Below are positions 8,401 to 11,221 of a DNA stretch of 11,221 nucleotides, in pieces. The stretch comes from an uncultured Verrucomicrobiales bacterium (lineage in GTDB: Bacteria; Verrucomicrobiota; Verrucomicrobiia; Verrucomicrobiales; DEV007). Each line of letters starts with the position of its first letter. Positions within the stretch are counted from its first letter, which is position 1. The stretch covers positions 1 through 11,221 of the forward strand of contig CALKOM010000003.1 in assembly GCA_938091905.1 (NCBI GenBank). The letters run 5' to 3'. Both the position numbers and the translations under genes were made by a program. Under the pieces are notes generated by a model that saw only the letters and a program-made list of their open reading frames with translations, made no database searches and was not told the origin of the DNA.

Positions 8401-9091
8401 CAATCGGTGTTGATGGTTGGGCCCCTCCAAATCGACGAAGAATCTCCTCTTGAGGAGGAAGGTCGTTCTCAGCCACCTCCTCGATCGTGATCGCCCGAAA
8501 GGAAATCTCCGCCTTGCTGTTGCCGTGAATCTGCAGCGCAATCAGGCCATCATTTTCAATATCGGCTTCCCGTTCGATCCAGACCGCAGTGCGTTGACCA
8601 TTGAGATACAACTCAATCTGTGCCCCGCGGGCCACAACCTCGTATTGATTCCACTCTCCCGGCTTCTCAAGCTTAGCAATCAGCTCTTTGTTAGCCTTGG
8701 CCAGAAATCTCTTTCTTCGGGATTCATCGTAGAGGCTGCCTGAATACCCTGCTCCGATGTCTGCCTGATAGCCTGACATTTCATTTGGTGGCTCAGTGAT
8801 ACGCTTGCTGCGAAACTGCACGCCGCCATTGATGAAGCCCTCGGTCCCTACCAACTTGTAGTCGAAACGAAGATGAAAGTTCTCAAAGGACCTCGTTGTG
8901 GCAAGAAACTCATTCTGAGGATTTCTTTCTAACGAACCACCTACAATCACGCCTTCTTGCACCCGCCAAACCGACTCGACATTCCCCTCCCAGCCCTCCA
9001 GCGACTTGCCATCAAACAGAGAAACCTGCTCCGCGTGCCCCAGGGAAATGACGACAGCCAACACCCAGAGCGTCTTGAGAGTGGCTCTCAT
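5399..9091 (-). CDS. PVC-type multidomain heme-c protein: DUF1080 + SGNH-like + putative membrane-bound dehydrogenase beta-propeller + HEAT repeats + cytochrome c
   Basis: 1230 aa with a signal peptide. DUF1080 motifs: SLFDGKSLEGW, NGGVQFRS, GYQADI, GEWNQYEV, GLIALQIH (~9025-8475). SGNH-like region ~8370-7790. Dehydrogenase propeller (TIGR02604-like): GYEVNLFASE..VNPTQFCWDEHGRLYV, EDTDGDGQAD, KDSDGDGRAD, NCWGVAFDDYG, FRPVDVSIGPDGAMYLADWYN..IGH, GRIWRI (~7500-6390). HEAT-like repeats (DGRVRAYGAR, DEHPRVRLE). CLACH heme motif at 5732-5746 with a distal Met in VPMP. Confidence 0.9.
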   Translation of the reverse strand: MRATLKTLWVLAVVISLGHAEQVSLFDGKSLEGWEGNVESVWRVQEGVIVGGSLERNPQNEFLATTRSFENFHLRFDYKLVGTEGFINGGVQFRSKRITEPPNEMSGYQADIGAGYSGSLYDESRRKRFLAKANKELIAKLEKPGEWNQYEVVARGAQIELYLNGQRTAVWIEREADIENDGLIALQIHGNSKAEISFRAITIEEVAENDLPPQEEILRRFGGAQPSTPIEAFPDGRFAPAGGDVIVVAGQENMVRMQAVGELEALLASGFQDKQLRFRSMSWEADTVYEQWRELNFGNWSEQLKAVGATVVVAQFGQMEALDGMERLSEFTASYHRLLDAFAMRTRKLVLITPMPFEKPLASHAPDLREHNPTVKAYAQAVYGIARQRGAVVVDLFDSLTNEPAAVRLTNNGIHLTAQGLRVVAERIARALGISEPNSNSHHDQLRAAVIEKNQLWFDCWRPSNWSFVYGDRITSQYGKGAGTAPDLQRSFEKQRPLVEKADARIFQLANGNAAPPLEFPEPFPSADESVALTPDEQLATFTMAKGYEVNLFASEADGVVNPTQFCWDEHGRLYVACSPSYPQALAGAKPSDYIVVLEDTDGDGQADQSSRYVEGLTMVQGVELGDGGVYVCDYDKLLHLKDSDGDGRADLRRLVYSGFGISDTHQLLNSICHGPDGTLWFTQGLHAMSRVESPWGIARLDRSAVWRLNPRTLRLEGFFGGGMAGANCWGVAFDDYGQVFHKSGDRAHGYWTVPGMVRGASPIGSGSTTEANASYGNSPEQYHSVGPLFETPRKSTSIDFIGTKAMPEDIQGCALLGGYFGHVVQLHRLEDFGAGFKSSVLPDLMSSSNTAFRPVDVSIGPDGAMYLADWYNPVIGHYQASYADPNRDKSHGRIWRITATGYQTIKQLKLAEMSPSQLLEQLRSSERWTRYQAKRLLFDAPTKDVLAAADAWLSGLESSEERLLVELIGVYEAHESPRPELLAKLLGAKDGRVRAYGARVAGMWADRLPSGLRGLKQSVMDEHPRVRLETVVAASYVPDAKAIEIVAAAVDQPLDPFLTYAIRQSARALQPQWETLLESDQLEFGSQRQRNYLADLRGSAPTKASPGEAVYEKSCLACHQPEGKGLPGIYPPLIDNPSIAGDKDRLIKIVLHGLTGPLEVNGVSFGAQRGAVPMPALAGLTDEEIARVLSFIRTKYGNIESPVTVEEVTIIRKATADRSAPWSTLELSD

Positions 9092-10072
9092 CTATGCCAA
9101 TCTATAGAACTTCACTGCATTGTCATGGAGCAGTTTCTTCTGCTCATCACGAGGACGGTTTGCAATGACCTCTGTCAGCGATTTGACCCAATCGGCATAA
9201 GGAGCCGTCACTTTGCAAACTGGCCAATCACCGCCATAGATCACTCGGTCAGGACCGAAGGTATCGAGACAGAAATTAATGGGCGGCGCAAGGTCCGCCG
9301 CCTTCCAGTCTTTAGGTGCTCTAGCAATGATGCCTGAGATTTTGCAGAGCGTATTCTTCTGCTTGGCCAAGGCCTCCATGCCACGCTTCCACGTATCGAT
9401 ATCATGCCAGACGTCCTGTCCATCGCGTCGGCTCTCTGGCAGCCAAGACTTCGGATCAGCATTTCCGCAGTGATCCACGATACAGAGGGTATCCGAGCAT
9501 TGTCCTGCAAGCTTCGCGCCGTCTGCTAGCTCCATGGGACGCATGCACAAATCCACGCTCTTACCCAACTCACCAAGCAACTGCACACTCTTAACAAACT
9601 GATCACCCAAACAGAAACCTTCCGGCGTGCTGGGCACATGCAACACCTGACGCACCCCTTTGACCTCGGGAGTATCTTTGAACTTTGTGATGTAGCCCTT
9701 GAAGTTCTCTGAAGCCGGTCGCCCGGAGATCACCGCAGCAACCGTCGGATGATCGTCACTCTTGGATAGAGCGATCACATGCTCGGCCTCTTTCACCTGA
9801 AGGTCTTCCCTGACATCCACTTCCATGTAGACGGCTTTCACCACATTCAGTCCCTTGGTCGCCTCGACATAGTCCTTCGTCACATAACTCCGCTTGAGCA
9901 CTGCAGGCTCATTCTCTCCAGCGACCCAAGGTAGAGTGAACTTGTCGAGATCCCACAAGTGTTGGTGTGTGTCAATGATAGGAAGGAGATCAGATTCAGC
10001 GGCCATGGATAGATTCGGAGTTAAAGCGACAGCAGCACCAGTCTGCAAGAATTGACGTCGATTAAGATTCAT
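9092..10072 (-). CDS. Tat-exported amidohydrolase_2 / COG3618 family protein (L-fucono-lactonase-like)
   Basis: 326 aa. Tat motif NRRQFL. Family motifs IIDTHQHLWD, KGVRQVLH, IVDHCGN, CKISG and FGPDRVIYGGDWPVC. Its stop TAG directly abuts the next ATG (9092/9091). Confidence 0.88.
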   Translation of the reverse strand: MNLNRRQFLQTGAAVALTPNLSMAAESDLLPIIDTHQHLWDLDKFTLPWVAGENEPAVLKRSYVTKDYVEATKGLNVVKAVYMEVDVREDLQVKEAEHVIALSKSDDHPTVAAVISGRPASENFKGYITKFKDTPEVKGVRQVLHVPSTPEGFCLGDQFVKSVQLLGELGKSVDLCMRPMELADGAKLAGQCSDTLCIVDHCGNADPKSWLPESRRDGQDVWHDIDTWKRGMEALAKQKNTLCKISGIIARAPKDWKAADLAPPINFCLDTFGPDRVIYGGDWPVCKVTAPYADWVKSLTEVIANRPRDEQKKLLHDNAVKFYRLA

Positions 10073-10077
10073 GAAGA

Positions 10078-10081
10078 CTCC
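10078..10081 (-). promoter_or_regulatory. Shine-Dalgarno (GGAG) of the amidohydrolase gene
   Basis: The minus strand reads GGAG-TCTTC-ATG (5-nt spacing to ATG 10072). Confidence 0.55.
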
Positions 10082-10235
10082 ATACAGAGTATCGGCACCG
10101 TTGACCAGTTACTAATCAACTAGCGCACCTGAAACAGTCGACGGTCGAAAGTGAGGCTCACCGACGGCAGTTCTCCCAGTAGCCTCCCCAAACCAACGGG
10201 CACACCCGTCCCCGATGCCCATTCTTAGACCGGCT

Positions 10236-10259
10236 GCCTAGGGAGTATCCCTAGGCTAC
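10236..10259 (-). repeat. GTAG-associated perfect hairpin (REP-like element; may also act as a terminator)
   Basis: The minus strand reads GTAGCCTAGGGA-TAC-TCCCTAGGC: a 9-bp perfect stem (10236-10244/10248-10256) with a 3-nt loop and GTAG at its foot, 5 nt after the upstream stop. On the plus strand the hairpin is followed by TACTCTTTT. Confidence 0.5.
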
Positions 10260-10264
10260 TCTTT

Positions 10265-11221
10265 TCAGTCCTTGCGAATCAACGCGATGGCACTTTCAAG
10301 ATGCTTGCCCAGCGATTCGTTGGCATTCCCCTGAAGAGCTTCTAATGCCGAAAGTGCGGCACTGGCCATCGGCCCCATTCGGCCAAGAGCCATCGTGGCG
10401 GCTTCACGTAGTTGAACAATGTAGTCTTTCCGAGCCTCGAACCGAGCAAGGATAGAACCCGCGCGATGGCTCTTGGCCGAAGATAAACTTCCAAGGGTTC
10501 CAATGACACGGTCGAGAACCTCATTGCTTGGGTTCTTCAGTGTGCGCAGGATACCTAGACAGCGGCATTGCGTTGCCGACTTTCCAGTTGCTACGAGCGC
10601 GAGAATCATTGGAAGGGCATCATCAGGCACGGGCACATCCTCAGGGCCATAGCCTAACAATTTGAGCACCTCGCGGTTCTTCGTAACGTTGCCCTGAAAC
10701 ATCTCGTCCCATTCACGCAGAGAGTGATTCAGAAAGGAGGCTGTGATCGGATTAGGACTGGCCGCCCCGGCATCATCGACTGCGTCGTCGATGATCCTCA
10801 CATTCCATGACTGTGCACTCAACCTTCCAGACCATTCTCCAGCTGGACGAACTTGACGATGCCCCTTTCCGCCGGTCCAATCGGTAATCTTAAGGTTGCA
10901 GGTAACCTCAAGCCGACCATCGCTCGGACCAAAGACTTCCATCCTACTGCTAGGAAATTGCTTTTCGTCAATGGGGTCAGATTCGCCGCATTGCCAGGAA
11001 TTGGAAGGGGGGGCAGGGGGAGGAAAGTGGAAACGGTCTCTAATAAGCGCGTAGACTTTAGGAAATTCTTCCGGCGGTCAAGCTTGATGCAGCGGCAATC
11101 TTGAGATACGCCATTCAATGGCCTTACGGCTTGTTTTTGGACCCGAGGACATCTTCCCGTCGATCGCGCACCTTGCAAAGGCTCTGATCAGGCAGGCAAC
11201 TGTTTTTGGAGATCGCAACGC
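10265..11221 (-). pseudogene. HEAT/ARM-like helical-repeat protein, probably longer than the 225-aa ORF and interrupted by an in-frame TGA (5' end off window)
   Basis: The C-terminus is HEAT-like (LREAATMALGRMGPMASAALSALEAL...LGKHLESAIALIRK). The same frame is open from 11221 to 11081 (ALRSPKTVACLIRAFARCAIDGK...LPLHQA), has one TGA at 11078-11080, and is then open through PPEEFPKVYALIRDRFHFPPPAPP... into ATG 10942. The alternative reading is an intact CDS at 10265..10942. Confidence 0.5.

Noticed and set aside
590..9510. Numerous short plus-strand and alternate-frame ORFs (e.g. 4592..5113, 4624..5106, 7727..8107, 8957..9337, 3200..3562)
   Set aside because: They are shadow ORFs overlapping well-supported genes, with no recognisable motifs and atypical composition.
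10081..10177. Bulged hairpin (GTCG-aaa-GTGA-ggc-TCAC-CGAC, 10144-10165) upstream of the amidohydrolase as a possible riboswitch or ncRNA
   Set aside because: The stem is weak and I recognise no riboswitch consensus. An Rfam/Infernal scan would be needed to support any call.
4519..10191. Exact 14-bp direct repeat AGTAGCCTCCCCAA at 4519-4532 (esterase WGGY codons) and 10178-10191 (intergenic)
   Set aside because: A rough estimate gives about 0.2 such matches by chance in 11 kb. One copy is constrained coding sequence and the similarity does not extend.
11003..11023. G-rich tract (G7 and G5 runs), possible G-quadruplex or slippage site
   Set aside because: It is explained by the proline codons of PPPAPP on the minus strand, and the frame is intact across it.
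10819..11178. 119-aa minus-strand ORF and 83-aa plus-strand ORF near the right edge
   Set aside because: Both overlap the HEAT-like gene and lack motifs. The frame continuous with 10265..10942 looks more protein-like.
11180..11192. GGCTCTGATCAGG on the plus strand, resembling the ISL3-like end at 141
   Set aside because: The match is short and gapped, lies inside a probable coding frame, and points out of the window. It cannot be the partner end of the element at 1-141.
11132..11210. 10-bp direct repeat TGTTTTTGGA (11132-11141, 11201-11210)
   Set aside because: There are only two short copies, both encoding PKT in the minus-strand frame. It is not a CRISPR array or a convincing target duplication.
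100..11221. Alternative genetic code or stop-codon readthrough as an explanation for the in-frame stops
   Set aside because: The internal stops differ (TAA and TGA), and TAA, TAG and TGA all terminate intact genes here. The TPR gene also has frameshifts, so decay is the simpler explanation.

Overview
The window looks like PVC-superphylum DNA (Verrucomicrobiota/Planctomycetota-like, inferred from protein architectures), and nearly all genes are on the minus strand. From right to left it contains: (1) a HEAT/ARM-like helical-repeat gene that probably enters from beyond the right edge and carries an in-frame TGA; (2) an intergenic GTAG-hairpin (REP-like); (3) a Tat-exported COG3618/amidohydrolase_2 (sugar-lactonase-like) gene directly abutting a 1230-aa secreted fusion of DUF1080, degenerate SGNH, PVC-type beta-propeller dehydrogenase, HEAT repeats and cytochrome c; (4) a small plus-strand membrane protein with a leaderless-type promoter; (5) an alpha/beta-hydrolase (acetylxylan-esterase-like) translationally coupled to a YkuD-type L,D-transpeptidase; (6) four ORF-track fragments that reassemble into one secreted TPR plus C39-like cysteine peptidase gene of at least ~960 codons. 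That gene is broken by an in-frame TAA, a +1 frameshift and an (AG)7 microsatellite frameshift, and it ends at what looks like the left end of an ISL3-family element whose transposase runs off the left edge. All calls come from reading motifs by eye; no searches were run.
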